From a virus (taxonomy: Duplodnaviria > Caudoviricetes), in the IMG/VR virus record IMGVR_UViG_3300028886_000082, positions 10,243 to 74,242 of that record: a stretch of DNA of 64,000 nucleotides; one strand, written 5' to 3'. Shown one piece after another: positions 50,401-57,402 of this stretch. A program made the translations under genes and the position numbers. A model generated the notes under the pieces. That model saw nothing but the letters and a program-made list of their open reading frames with translations, had not been told where the DNA came from and did not search any database. Position 1 is the first letter of the stretch, and each line of letters begins with the position of its first letter.

Positions 50401-53400
50401 TGCAGCATCTTCTTGTGCAGCCTCAACAGAAGGGGCTGGCTGTGCTTCGTTTGCTCCAGTGACACTATTTGCACCTGCCTCTGCACTAGCCTGTCCCTCT
50501 GATGGCTGTTCTTGTAATGGTTGGTTTGTGGCTATAATCGGGCTCCATGCTTCCTGTAATCTTGTGCGTTCCGCTTCTTCAAACTGGGCAGCAGGGATTA
50601 CGTTTGGCATAAGGCTATAACCATCTGTCTCGTTCAGCTGAACAAAGCTACCATCTAAATCCATTCCGATGATAAGTCCAGAGTTGGAGCCCGTGATACG
50701 CCCAGTTGCGGGATCTGTAGTTATATTACCCGAAACAAGATAATATTCATTCGTTCCGTCGGAAATCGTGTAGATATTACCAAGGTCTGCATTTCCGTTA
50801 ATGGTTCCCTTCATTGTGTGGCGCTGGGTAGAGTCTGCGGCTTCTTCGTCTATCTTGTTTCCCATCTGATTGACAAACGCCTCATACTGGGCCTTCTGAT
50901 TGTAGTAGTCAATCATCGCCTGCTGTTCAATTGGTAGGAAAGTTTCCAGACGAGAAAGTATTTCCTGATGAGACAGACCTTCCCATTCCATACGAGTAAC
51001 TTCCTGCTTCAGTTCTTCGTTGGAATCAAATGCAATGCGGCGTTTGCCTTGCGCCTCCATCCACTTCGCCTTTATTTCTGATCCTGCTTCAGGGTTTGGA
51101 TTCTCAATTTCTAGGGATGCATTATCCGCTTCCTTCTGTCCGTCCTCCGCACTTTGTTCCTCATGGAGCATAGTGTTGTCATAGACGGTATTATGAACTG
51201 CCTTTGCAAAGCCAGTGACTAGTTGTTGCTCTACGTCCGTCCGCTCCATTGATGGTTTAGAGAGAGCTTCTTCCATTACCGATGGTTCCACTCCAACCTC
51301 AACACTATAGTCAATAAGCATCTTGTCGTAATCAAAGCCACCGTTTGGTCTGGACTTCATCACGCTTATGTCTGCGTTCAGGTCGTTGTCGAAGCGTGTC
51401 TGCTGTGCCTCATAAAGACCAGCTTCCATATCATCCCTATTTTCGTAGTCATGATGGGCTATCACGTTTCCGTTCTCGTCAAGCTCATCAAATGAATTAC
51501 CGCTAACACGATAGCTAGCCACTCTTGGAGTGATGTCTGCCACACGGGATGCCGAAAGCACGGTTCCTATATTATATCCACGCAGGTTGATAAGGTCTTG
51601 CGCATAAAACATCACGGCCTCTTTTTCCTGGTCTGACAGTTGGCCTTGGCGCACAAGCTGATTGATGACGTTGCCTATGTTGGCGTTGGTAGAACCATCA
51701 AGCATAGATTTGATGGTGTTGTACCTATCTATATCGGCCAACGTTTCTTCCAGTCTGTTGTCGCTCTGGTTAAGGTTGTATTTATATCCATAGTAGTGAG
51801 CCCGACCATATCCACTTGCAACCATCTGAGGCGCACGGAGCAATGCACCTGTCAGTCCTACGGTTGCCCATGTGTTAAGCTGAGTATCAAGGTCGGTGAT
51901 ACTCTCTGCGTTTGGATCGAACTCGCCACCAGTGATTGAGTTAAGTATAGATGTGCGGAGCATACCGTACTCTTCTTCCATACCTTCACCGAATACACTC
52001 TGAATACCCATGAAGTCAAGTGCTTTCTCACCGCCTCTCCAGAACTTGTTGCTTGTAATCTTCTTCAAAAGTTCACCACCAACCTTGTTTCTGATAACAC
52101 GTCCAAGCATACCTGGTATGATGTCAAATGCAGGGCCTACAAGTTCGGAAGCATTCTCGCCTGGATTTTTCAACTCACCATAAAGGATTGCTTTGCCCAA
52201 GTCCTCGCTGTCACGCATTGAAAGTTTTCCTTCTTTGTCAACTGACAACGTTCCGATGCTCCGGTTTGCTATATCAGAGAAAGTCTTTGCCACACCGACA
52301 GTATTGGCTTGCATGGCTCCACCTATTTCAGCACCTGCAGCCAGACCTCCGAACTTAGTACCATACTGCATAGTCTTTGTGAGAGCTTTGCCTGCAAGTC
52401 CGAGGTTTTTGGTAAGATACTTAGCCATTCCACTTTCGGCAATCTTCAAACCTCCCTTAGTTCCCAGACGATAACCCGCCTTTGCTACATTAGCAAAACC
52501 ACCTCCAGTAACGGCAAAGTCCTTCATGAAGTCAAGCGTCTGTCCGAATCCTTGTCCGGTTGTGTATAGCCATCCACGGTTATTGTTAAGCGTCTGCGCT
52601 TCTTGGTTCATCAGATAGTTGCGCACAAACAACTTTTCGTTGTTGGTAAGGTTAGGCACTCCGCCATTGGCAGCATCTATCTTCTTGGATATGGAATCAA
52701 GAAGTTTCATGTCGGCTGCATCGCTCAACCCGAAACTCAGGCTTGAATCGTCTGTAAGAACATCTGCAGTACCCTGCCAGAATCCTGCATTGTCTCTTTC
52801 TGCCTCCAAAGCCTTGATGCGACGTTCGAGCATTCTCCTTGCAGATAGTATGTAGTCTTGCTGTTGGGCATTATCCATGTCGCCGCTTGCAAGTCCAGAA
52901 CCACCGGCAAGCCCCATTCCTCTAGCAAGACGTGCAGCCTGTCCCAGTCTTCCCTTATCTATTTCTACATCCAAGGCTTCAAGTTCTGCGTATGCATTCT
53001 TGATCCTTTCGTTGATGTCTTTGTCACTCTCACCAGTTATATCACCAATGCCAAGCTTTTCCATGTTTTCCTTGAACTGAGCCATCTCGCCCTGATAGTC
53101 CATGAAGTCCTGCATATTGCTTGCTTCTCCAGGGTTGGTATAGCTTTTTCCGTCGGTGGTCATGTAGGTGTCTTCGAATTGGCCAGTCTCTGCATTGAAG
53201 GATTTCTGTCCCTTTCTGAGATTCTTGTTGAACACTAACCCGGTCTGACCGTCTCCAACAGGAGAAGCGTTCTTTCTGTTTTTCTCCTGCTCATCTATGC
53301 CTTTTGTGACATTCTTTGCTGTGTTCTGTGCGGAATTCATTGTCATGCCAAACCCCATAAGCTCCTGCTCCGTAGGCTTGTAGGGCCCAGACTGGTTTTT

Positions 53401-53670
53401 TTGAGGTTGAGGAGTTGGCTCTTGGGCAGTTACCGTTGGTTGTTCCACCTGCGGTTGTGTCGGCTGAGGTGCGGGCTGCTTGGGTTGTTGTCCTTCAAGA
53501 ACTGCATCAGGGTATTTCTTTAGAAATCCATCACGCTTACTTAATGGGATGCCATAGGTCTTCCCGTTAGCTTGATAGTTTACCGTTGCATTAGGATTAT
53601 CTTTCTCAAAGTTTGATGCTACATTGTCGGGAATATTATAGGTTTTCCCATTAAGTTTGTATATCGGCAT
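38401..53670 (-). CDS. giant polyvalent virion protein (DarB-like): N6-adenine MTase, Strawberry-notch SF2 helicase, HExxH metallopeptidase, LPD38-like C-terminus
   Basis: EPSAGNG and NPPFG (~47.25-47.06 kb); GDQTGIGKGRQ, DESH, SAGTGISLH, GRIDRTGQ (~46.0-44.3 kb); WWHEQTH (~42.2 kb); LPEWVRRKN...IPMGQEL (~39.4-39.3 kb). Confidence 0.9.
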   Translation of the reverse strand: MPIYKLNGKTYNIPDNVASNFEKDNPNATVNYQANGKTYGIPLSKRDGFLKKYPDAVLEGQQPKQPAPQPTQPQVEQPTVTAQEPTPQPQKNQSGPYKPTEQELMGFGMTMNSAQNTAKNVTKGIDEQEKNRKNASPVGDGQTGLVFNKNLRKGQKSFNAETGQFEDTYMTTDGKSYTNPGEASNMQDFMDYQGEMAQFKENMEKLGIGDITGESDKDINERIKNAYAELEALDVEIDKGRLGQAARLARGMGLAGGSGLASGDMDNAQQQDYILSARRMLERRIKALEAERDNAGFWQGTADVLTDDSSLSFGLSDAADMKLLDSISKKIDAANGGVPNLTNNEKLFVRNYLMNQEAQTLNNNRGWLYTTGQGFGQTLDFMKDFAVTGGGFANVAKAGYRLGTKGGLKIAESGMAKYLTKNLGLAGKALTKTMQYGTKFGGLAAGAEIGGAMQANTVGVAKTFSDIANRSIGTLSVDKEGKLSMRDSEDLGKAILYGELKNPGENASELVGPAFDIIPGMLGRVIRNKVGGELLKKITSNKFWRGGEKALDFMGIQSVFGEGMEEEYGMLRTSILNSITGGEFDPNAESITDLDTQLNTWATVGLTGALLRAPQMVASGYGRAHYYGYKYNLNQSDNRLEETLADIDRYNTIKSMLDGSTNANIGNVINQLVRQGQLSDQEKEAVMFYAQDLINLRGYNIGTVLSASRVADITPRVASYRVSGNSFDELDENGNVIAHHDYENRDDMEAGLYEAQQTRFDNDLNADISVMKSRPNGGFDYDKMLIDYSVEVGVEPSVMEEALSKPSMERTDVEQQLVTGFAKAVHNTVYDNTMLHEEQSAEDGQKEADNASLEIENPNPEAGSEIKAKWMEAQGKRRIAFDSNEELKQEVTRMEWEGLSHQEILSRLETFLPIEQQAMIDYYNQKAQYEAFVNQMGNKIDEEAADSTQRHTMKGTINGNADLGNIYTISDGTNEYYLVSGNITTDPATGRITGSNSGLIIGMDLDGSFVQLNETDGYSLMPNVIPAAQFEEAERTRLQEAWSPIIATNQPLQEQPSEGQASAEAGANSVTGANEAQPAPSVEAAQEDAAQPQQPAVTIESVIDKDGIKRYENGIAVDDAIADIQNDGDDVNEISNASIAEAQEVIDKINNKQVKTRLDIEKRKKAQATIDYYNNVKARWAEMNQPEAPAKSEETVNVQPEAPIVKEKPVSSQSNLTVEEQKQQRIAEAKAKYGELFDDDFTKAEDAFELASMWVGRKRNLAWEDVNGKRGLQKELGWTRRIGGDTKYIETLLAKNGEGIGIDEFVHMVWQSEENMGADGNPRFTTEEIKEALLDLIKSAQSKSDVVDYALNSRIAKAEAALQEQRQRAEEEAQNPTEEVAPITDEEQAQIEASLPFARPEDGVDIPENPINALWAVIREVSQDGGMPAVRMVDTDQMTDGDWIDFASEVFDGAFVSEEDVNTVRSNAFEMGIVYNDATDTLIVFSGAVTPESLRENLEQFKHAYNETEELSDTDNEGLRDEMQDGESAETPAAEGTNEPEGQRSPESVEDPYLQPRNAEEEQIIANVLAQLQQEIGDAVEDANKARTELEKARAKESERATDLFANDETFAEPDAIFSQEEMGLDTSAEGVEHRTAAQREKLQEATNKLNRLQSIEERNSRIRGALDNYRRQTKIDTEEQPKTQSREDYLASHPLTEEQIMADTEANEDEKLNAIDFLNGEDSVISRFYYDQIYERAQKAKPAEASSNASILNWREQYIKEHPLTVEEIESSNVPEADKILAKQFLDLSEEYISSRAKGSYTKTFYEVTSSRLRGESDPMEAIERAAGDFRREQQKSKDQKDIDDALKEFNDFLDNAKGSNVLDKFMRKGLEGNDKAQASLLDAFTLTNDAQRMFLKDLLRLASKVGYAYIKSGVHDVQAWSKKMSESIGAKLREVLGWDDAIIGEFVNEVWNQKYTVDGQRMRLSEHAERLNNTKPADQTVNDNKKEDNEPEKDLSLQQKPASELEGDSAEFADRQYKIEQLSKKIRAKLQGIMNWGDQPKPLSVYKQIAKELGIENLSDTDLQELIETEVVSLAREIANKEGLTDEKKFQKIVKLYEGQPSLNARDNDRINKQQYSTPAPMAFLMGQFLSAGKKVESGLEPSAGNGMLTINLPKEKMHVNDIDEMRLSNLQKQGFGEVTSQDGLQSFGEKKFDVVVTNPPFGNVTPKVYDGIYEISGLEHQMALNALESMKDDGRAAIIIGGNTEYNQNGSIKGKDRAFLNYLYAHYNVVDVINMNGHELYSRQGTGFPVRMILINGRKEFNPRSFAPTIQKARAERVNSYDELFKRVNDDILSDSNKPTSVHDTESGKSGRVDDTSNAGASTETGVRNVQPAGSQKQPAGRTSNGSSVSGSSNATRGTDTTSQPAVDTRPTGVGSRTEASQPGRSTTEQAGEKRNEPGGNDTERPAATTDNSQRVGQRGAEPAQQPEQPAVKRGLGTEKVPYRKQSGNPFTLQSLMPAEQADVVKSALEELGDVDQFLVDELGYSSKEELHQALAAEQIDSVALAIHQMNQGNAFIIGDQTGIGKGRQAAALIRYGVKKGGFPVFITVKKALFSDMYRDLCDIGSPKLRPFIWSADDTEHSGNVTDKNGNVIYQTPNAKEQKRVVDYINKNGKLPPEYDYVLTTYDSFKSGTMDYDDGNKKARNFGKKKAGPVHINGQAKRDALETLAGNSYVIMDESHNAGGEGSNVSNYLQYITTKAKGLTFLSATFAKRPGNMPIYSLKTAISKAGVKVGELIDAVKRGGATFQEIMSKALTEAGQMIRRERDMTGVTIDWKGIEDEDIIQKQREQYDTIIGLFNDIIQFQRTYVDPIVNGLNDAAAEEQGEVDHTPGTRDMGINNTPFASRTYNMVQQVLLSLKAEEAAKRAIEHLKLGRKPVITVANTNEGAADEVAGADGESMEMPDLSVNLKKGLQGTMRITKKDAFGNTVNEMIPFDRLSEEGQKRYAEIMDAIENASSGLSLSPIDVIKNELKKAGYKVGELTGRKAEFVYNDDGTVKRVKRQDTDKKKIAADFNNGKLDALILNRSAGTGISLHASSTFKDQRQRIMIVAQAQGDVNDEVQIRGRIDRTGQVLRGMYEYVVSQIPSEQRLLMMLKAKLRSLDANTTSSQKSKFNEMQVQDIINKYGDDIVIQYLSEHVDLAMKMCDPLKWGEGAETLPAETLVSQAQKAQGDGATASKVLGRMALLTVKEQEKMLKEIGDLYQAEIDRLNEMGENDLEITEMPLRAKTLKKDVWEAGVEPGGKNPFADNSYVEEVEMDVLRKPMKAEEVKKSQTRLLGGKTWDEYKQGVLDKVDKWAEKKKAEATQTISERAEKKAEAEKEKYAKGAKKAQEKNGMTDAEIEKNSQYQYDTFYKQEMEKLQNALEAVDKQKQAFVDALETFSTDGVYALPTDIYDLSQLTFEPSFGKVIDINIKEDNYSTTASTITFATLDGRRKITIPISGMVKQNNGEKRDIKPIIVQQTAQTRNGMFGSNLANMQKVLEQNVDNWDKLTSTATRKKGHIITGNLLKALTSLRSQGKGGKLISYTTDTGEIRQGILMSDQFDPKALTSKNPISSAKNDLDDFEKDNKIVSADGDVTVKRGRYDWRNDAYGYTLQVPKSKKKGEKYFNDETLLSFVDGQFEGSTKMSADFPARNLDAILKRLDELGVTVESAKEDSDAPKRMITTSDPIEAINQAAESWRQSNGKTPTNSKLQEISDMVNSLASREDLKGSAPTYTINSPQDLEALKDKVSRRVYREIERLYSDPDNGAAYIPRAGIVVVFGEHLEDAKEAEAAWWHEQTHSFWQKMPEDVRRKFGEACYEWLRVNRPDIFNHITKPGNYERYDWFNESCAFLIGNVAIDSYGTEKFLNGNFVGNPEICNFANELRNHIKNGRQESTNAGNNQLRRIGEGEQTSATEVRGSSQQGQGRGDNVIRPEEESELPEDPIQAIEQSAKRWIKFRKEQKEGVKEIDKNSAKAVYHDRINRASTMMQEAAQDDMVTFKHGQNAIAKDKDIPDSQNAYQAMNLSYGRIYNQQEQFTDIYKRPLEETVYEVCRKMGWQTGDVDRYLFTKHGFERNRELFVRDWLKGQRRKNVTYDDLDDEQQEAYDKIAERLEEQFEDGDITEEQKNKKLDQALDKLWQEQLDKLENSYVEAKEQAYQDLMEGKKTFPEYLDAIDNFIHDNIDEEFDAEEHDASGFTEMFGEDFKEKDILDKLMNDEQKMGKELMDKMWSKINLCSQLGLDKYRESGMISDSTYKRVTNMFHFYVPMRGYSNDTSSEDHWQYMTVKDGASRLGGLLKNAAGRKSEAGYPLATLFAMTYKAISDGEQNMVKQKFYRLCQANPNDLVEINDTWAVLDPTTDEWVTDYPQINEDMKPQEVEARTKEFYERMNKLELEGKAKKVKSDAKFDYKVDKEHKREHIVEVMMNGNRKTMVVMGNPRMAQALNGQLRYKHGDGPLDSFIADAKYYMQSVSTSYNVTFLGRNMARDWTHFGAILMAREGGNYEKAAQGYYFEQLPKMISLFKKYREGKLDMRNEMERDFKDFMDSGGITGFVHMKKVEELQRDIQKMISTPGKVKKVGSAFWDKTLGALEAANEAIENNARFATYRASRHVAGRTKARSAYDAKEVTVNFNKRGAGKNTAGFKTEQKWVARTAKLAGNVSQILLANKMFFNATVQGICNIFRNIRNSDGSINKSYVGKLVGYYAIPPFALGMLMPVINDLLYGLAGGGDDDDPYANLPEWVRRKNLCIYTGWATGKKNDFLVIPMGQELAAFYTLGDMIAGNTLYPNLKPVDKDFMDEMIGFFNVFSPVDFETKVTSNYDPVHEVVGRVCSPLAPLVAVGENLSWTGRQIFRQDKYNGDEYTPEYQMTYGNTNSAYISLSKWLNDVSGGDDVHAGWAQINPGAMQYIFEQYAGGPGKFFMNTGSAIRDAYNVIFTDEEPDFNIRKIEFARAFWQQGDERTEIYRTKAKYHKYQQEANKFAHDFKGYMRDADTNPDHYMKAMEMASTNDAVRMEFVKRADKVLKQINTAANQSTGRDRKNLRALYNSQMQLVVEELDKIGQIE
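41748..41924 (-). CDS. putative nested +1-frame small protein (58 aa)
   Basis: MADKKVQTQETINFDELAKENRHQQPRFVEVVNRDKDGEITSYALKRNPNYRKTPSKQ; AT-rich start context (catattaaaaATG). Confidence 0.45.
   Translation of the reverse strand: MADKKVQTQETINFDELAKENRHQQPRFVEVVNRDKDGEITSYALKRNPNYRKTPSKQ
46233..46601 (-). CDS. putative nested +1-frame protein (122 aa; alternative start at 46673)
   Basis: Leu/Glu-rich, helical-looking sequence under a G/R/S/T-rich linker of the giant ORF. Confidence 0.6.
   Translation of the reverse strand: MIPAMLELLLKREYETYSPQEAKSNLQDVLQTDQVFREVVTPPEELTPQASQLWIQDLLESEAGQRLLNQVGAPLSKQGKNEMNLEEMTLSDLLPQLTIASEWDSEGPNLHSNLSSPQSSEA
49023..49154 (-). CDS. putative nested +1-frame small protein (43 aa)
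   Basis: MKQKNYPIPTMKDFVTKCRMEKAQRLQQQKEQMSQKAKEVLNQ; AT-rich start context (gcatataATG). Confidence 0.35.
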   Translation of the reverse strand: MKQKNYPIPTMKDFVTKCRMEKAQRLQQQKEQMSQKAKEVLNQ

Positions 53671-53674
53671 ATCT

Positions 53675-54922
53675 TTAGTCTATTATGTATGATTCGTAAT
53701 CGTCCTCTTCTTCATCATCATCTGCACTGTTCGGATTGACGACATATTTAGCATAAGCATCCTTCTTGTCATTCGGTGTCTGCTCATGCCATTCAAAACC
53801 ATGTTTGTGGTGAAGCTGAACTGCAGCATCGTCATGCTCCATAATCATCTTATCAACGGCTTCACGCTTAGAGACATCGGAAATCTTTTTTCCACCAAGA
53901 ATGTCGGGGCTTATGCCAGCCAAGATACCACCCTCGTCTATGTACGGATGGAGCTTTCCGTCTTTGCCTCGATACTTCTTATTCTTACCCCATTCGTACA
54001 TATTGTCGTATATGCGCTTTAGGTCTGCTTCGTTTGCGCCTGCCTTTGTCAGATAGCCGCGACGTGAATAGATGGTGTTCTGCGACTTGTTACCACTTCC
54101 ACCTCCATTCTTCATCTTAAATTGGCGATAGTTATCAGCACTCCTTGCGTTGGCTGCCTGTATTCCTATAGACTGACTTCTTAATGCGTTCTGCGTATCA
54201 TACTGTTTCTGTCTCTGATTTCTGTTGGCCTCGTCGTTCTGCGCCTTATAAGCAAGACCCGCCTTCCATTGATCTTCAGCATTCTTTAATCGGGCTGCGT
54301 CACGGGCTGCATTATACCTGAAAGTGGCATTCCATTGGTCTGATTTCTGTTTCTGCTCTGCCTCCCATTGTCTTGCCTTCTGATCTTGTGCTGCCTTGGC
54401 CTGCTGATAGGTGTAGTATTTAAGATTGGCTGCATCCCGCAATGCCTTTCCCTTCTGGTAGCGCTGCTCTTCCTCGACAACGGGGTTTGTGAACTGCTGG
54501 GATGGGGCATAGTTGACGGTGTTGGCAATATTCCCGATATGACGGAGCGCATCGCCTATGGCCAATATACGTTGATTGGCTACGCTGGCCTTGCGGAGCC
54601 GTTCTTCTTCTTGCGGTGAGGTGTAGCCCATTGCCCTTGCAAGGTCTTCCATGCTGGTGATAGGTGTAGTTTTCATCTGACTTCCACCAGTATTCTGTAC
54701 TGTCTGTGTTTCCTTCGGTGCGGGCTGTGTGATTGGTGTAGTGTGTACTACTCCTGCCTCTCCCGCCATTCGAGGCCCAGCCTGCGGCGTATTCACACCC
54801 GGGTAGCCTGCCTGCTTCTGCTGCGCAAAGAGGTTGTAAGGCTGCTGCACGACTGCTGGCTGCTGCTGGACGGCCATCTGAGCTGCAGCCCTGTCTGCAT
54901 AGGGATTAACTGTTATTGCCAT
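53675..54922 (-). CDS. putative internal virion/ejection protein
   Basis: Gln/Ala-rich coiled coil with ILAIGDALRHIGN; directly upstream of the giant protein. Confidence 0.55.
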   Translation of the reverse strand: MAITVNPYADRAAAQMAVQQQPAVVQQPYNLFAQQKQAGYPGVNTPQAGPRMAGEAGVVHTTPITQPAPKETQTVQNTGGSQMKTTPITSMEDLARAMGYTSPQEEERLRKASVANQRILAIGDALRHIGNIANTVNYAPSQQFTNPVVEEEQRYQKGKALRDAANLKYYTYQQAKAAQDQKARQWEAEQKQKSDQWNATFRYNAARDAARLKNAEDQWKAGLAYKAQNDEANRNQRQKQYDTQNALRSQSIGIQAANARSADNYRQFKMKNGGGSGNKSQNTIYSRRGYLTKAGANEADLKRIYDNMYEWGKNKKYRGKDGKLHPYIDEGGILAGISPDILGGKKISDVSKREAVDKMIMEHDDAAVQLHHKHGFEWHEQTPNDKKDAYAKYVVNPNSADDDEEEDDYESYIID

Positions 54923-54925
54923 AGC

Positions 54926-55405
54926 TTATCTCTTTTTGATGTTATTCTTATCGTCAAGGTAGTATTTGTCGTAGCCAAGAAACATATTCGCCTCAGCAAT
55001 ACGACGTTTCTTCAATCCTACAAGGGGTTTGCCTGCGGCATTCACCCACTTTACCATCTGGTCGGTGATTTCCACATCGTCGGCATCCGAAATAATGAGT
55101 TTCAGCATGGTTGAGTGCTGGAAGTTACCTGATCCAAGGTTGAATATCCAAGAAACAAGCGCATCGAACTGCTCTTGACGGAAATTGACGCCAATCTTGT
55201 TCAACAAATGCTCAATCGGGCCTATGTCCTCTACCAGATAGTCGTCTGCTTGCATATGGTCTATCACCTGACCCTGCCTGACACCCTTGGTATGGCCGTA
55301 GCCTATAGTCCATACACCTGCAGGACACTTGTAGGCACCCAATAGCAGACCCTCAAACTCCTTTATCAACTGCAAGCCCTTACGGCTCAATGTCATCTTC
55401 CTCAT
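54926..55405 (-). CDS. endolysin, GH24 lysozyme
   Basis: IKEFEG...YKCPAGVWTIGYGHT, QFDALVSWIFNLG, GLKKRRIAE. Confidence 0.95.
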   Translation of the reverse strand: MRKMTLSRKGLQLIKEFEGLLLGAYKCPAGVWTIGYGHTKGVRQGQVIDHMQADDYLVEDIGPIEHLLNKIGVNFRQEQFDALVSWIFNLGSGNFQHSTMLKLIISDADDVEITDQMVKWVNAAGKPLVGLKKRRIAEANMFLGYDKYYLDDKNNIKKR

Positions 55406-55410
55406 ACTTC

Positions 55411-55899
55411 TCAGTTATTGTCTTTATCCAGAATGGTATTATGGTTCTCATGCTCGACCTCTTCCCTCCATTTCTTCACAAAGTCGAACTTCTCGATGAA
55501 CTTCACGCTCAATGTGTAGTAGCAGAGGTCAAACAGCTTGTACCACGCAGTGTCCTTCGGCGCAATATGCCTCAGATTGCGGAATATATTCGTCCCGAAG
55601 ATGTAAACGGCAATATAGCACAGTATCTTCACCACCGCAACGGCCTGCTCATGCTCGCCCATCAGGTGGCCTATGACAAACGACATGCTCGCTATCACAA
55701 GGAAGATGGCCACATACACGAAAAACATCAATGCCTTCTTCGTGCTCCACTTCTCTTCCTTCATCCTCGCCGCAATCAGGCCGAAGAAGAAGTTGATGCC
55801 AAACAATATCAGCATGGCATACATGAAATTCTGTATCGGAGCGAGTAACGTCATGATTGCACCTACGGCATACACGACAACAGTCTTGATATCATTCAT
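55411..55899 (-). CDS. holin
   Basis: Three to four TM helices, charged C-terminus, adjacent to the lysozyme. Confidence 0.75.
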   Translation of the reverse strand: MNDIKTVVVYAVGAIMTLLAPIQNFMYAMLILFGINFFFGLIAARMKEEKWSTKKALMFFVYVAIFLVIASMSFVIGHLMGEHEQAVAVVKILCYIAVYIFGTNIFRNLRHIAPKDTAWYKLFDLCYYTLSVKFIEKFDFVKKWREEVEHENHNTILDKDNN

Positions 55900-55901
55900 A
55901 A

Positions 55902-56363
55902 CTATCTCAATTTTTGTCTAATCAACACAAAACACAACAAGCCAGCCATGATCAACACAGCCAGCTCGCCAAACTCTATCTTCTTCTCCTGCCACCAGGT
56001 AAGCTCTTTCTCAACAGGGTAGGGGACTGCGATACTGTCAACCTTCGACTGATAAAGCGTATCCGTCTTTATCCTCTCAACATACTGAGTGTGCCATCTG
56101 TCACGGTCTCTATAGACCGTATCACCCTTCTGCCACTCCTTCACGTAGATACTATCGTGCCTGAAAACGGAATCACGCTCAACCCTCACCTTATAGACCG
56201 TATCTGTACGCAATGTTTCAACCGGAACGTACTTTGTGGTCGTACAACCGCTGAACAACAGCGAAAGCAATAAAAACACCACTATACCGACCAGACACCA
56301 ACCACACGACCTATAGCCGTAAACACTCCGCTCAAACTTATCGTCGTAGTAATCCTTCTCCAT
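55902..56363 (-). CDS. spanin-like lipoprotein
   Basis: Lipobox LLFSGC, DTVY/DSIY beta repeats, C-terminal TM helix; in the lysis cassette. Confidence 0.65.
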   Translation of the reverse strand: MEKDYYDDKFERSVYGYRSCGWCLVGIVVFLLLSLLFSGCTTTKYVPVETLRTDTVYKVRVERDSVFRHDSIYVKEWQKGDTVYRDRDRWHTQYVERIKTDTLYQSKVDSIAVPYPVEKELTWWQEKKIEFGELAVLIMAGLLCFVLIRQKLR

Positions 56364-56364
56364 A

Positions 56365-56646
56365 TCAGTGAATCTTACAATAGCCAACAACAAAATCTAT
56401 AGCCTCACCAATTGCCTTCACGTCCAGATCATTCTTCGTGCCAATGTTCTCATGCAAACACCTCTGACACTTCCTCAACATCGCCAGATGATGACGCTTC
56501 TCTTCCTCAGAGACAAAACTGTCATGAATACAAGCACCAGAACAATGAGTCATACCAGCACCAGTAGGGTCTTTCACACAACAGCCCCAACCGTCAGTGC
56601 CCTCAAACCTGAAATGACAACATGAACCACATACCCGCTCACTCAT
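56365..56646 (-). CDS. Cys-rich hypothetical protein
   Basis: CGSCCH...WGCC...CSGAC. Confidence 0.65.
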   Translation of the reverse strand: MSERVCGSCCHFRFEGTDGWGCCVKDPTGAGMTHCSGACIHDSFVSEEEKRHHLAMLRKCQRCLHENIGTKNDLDVKAIGEAIDFVVGYCKIH

Positions 56647-57035
56647 ACCGCTGACCTCCCTTCATCCAAATGACGATACGACTTCACATAACGCTTGTAA
56701 TACTTGCGCACATCATAATCCGAAGCCTTCTTCAAACCTAACTCGTAAGCCTTGGTACGCACAGTCTGAGAACTTATACCTAACGCATCCGCTATATCAA
56801 CAGAAGACTCATGAGGAAAATGCTCACGCAAATATGATAACTCAGAATCACTCCACTCACGGCTCTTGTTCTTTCCACCATGAACAACTCCCAATCCCAT
56901 ACGGCGCAACTGCAATGATACACTCGGAGCACTCACACCAAGATACAAACTCATATCCATACAACTGTCAGTCTTGTAATGAGACAACAGATAACCACAC
57001 ATCTCCTTCGTCCAATCTATCTTCCTCCTCGGCAT
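56643..57035 (-). CDS. tandem-HTH DNA-binding protein
   Basis: Two W(T/S)xxExxYLxxH...IAxxLGxS...LG repeats. Confidence 0.7.
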   Translation of the reverse strand: MPRRKIDWTKEMCGYLLSHYKTDSCMDMSLYLGVSAPSVSLQLRRMGLGVVHGGKNKSREWSDSELSYLREHFPHESSVDIADALGISSQTVRTKAYELGLKKASDYDVRKYYKRYVKSYRHLDEGRSAV

Positions 57036-57037
57036 AA

Positions 57038-57247
57038 TCAAACCCTCTCTATAGTACAATAAACAACATCAGGACGTACTCCATCGAAAGTGCGCCACAA
57101 AACAACATACTCCTCAATATCCTCATTATGGTCACCCCAATGAAGAAGAACATGATCACCAACGTTCGGAATACCATGCTCAGCATACTCCACATTAGGC
57201 CAACTCTTTATGAAATTTCCATCCTTGTCTGTAAATGTTATACTCAT
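57038..57247 (-). CDS. hypothetical protein
   Basis: 69-aa ORF (IPNVGDHVLL). Confidence 0.65.
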   Translation of the reverse strand: MSITFTDKDGNFIKSWPNVEYAEHGIPNVGDHVLLHWGDHNEDIEEYVVLWRTFDGVRPDVVYCTIERV

Positions 57248-57278
57248 TCTACAATAATACTATAAGCTATGTTACTTT

Positions 57279-57400
57279 TTCGGGTGGTAAGTACCCCGGT
57301 GGGTAAAAAACGTGTGTCTGTCTGTACTCTTTTCTGCTGTACCTCGTTCGGGTGGTCAACACCCCCGCCCCCTTGGGGTCACCCCACCGCACCGCCATCA
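57279..57400. repeat. GC-rich intergenic tract with C-runs and a 10-bp direct repeat (candidate pac/ori region)
   Basis: TTCGGGTGGT at 57279 and 57347; CCCCCGCCCCC and CCCCACCGCACC runs. Confidence 0.45.
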
Positions 57401-57402
57401 CA

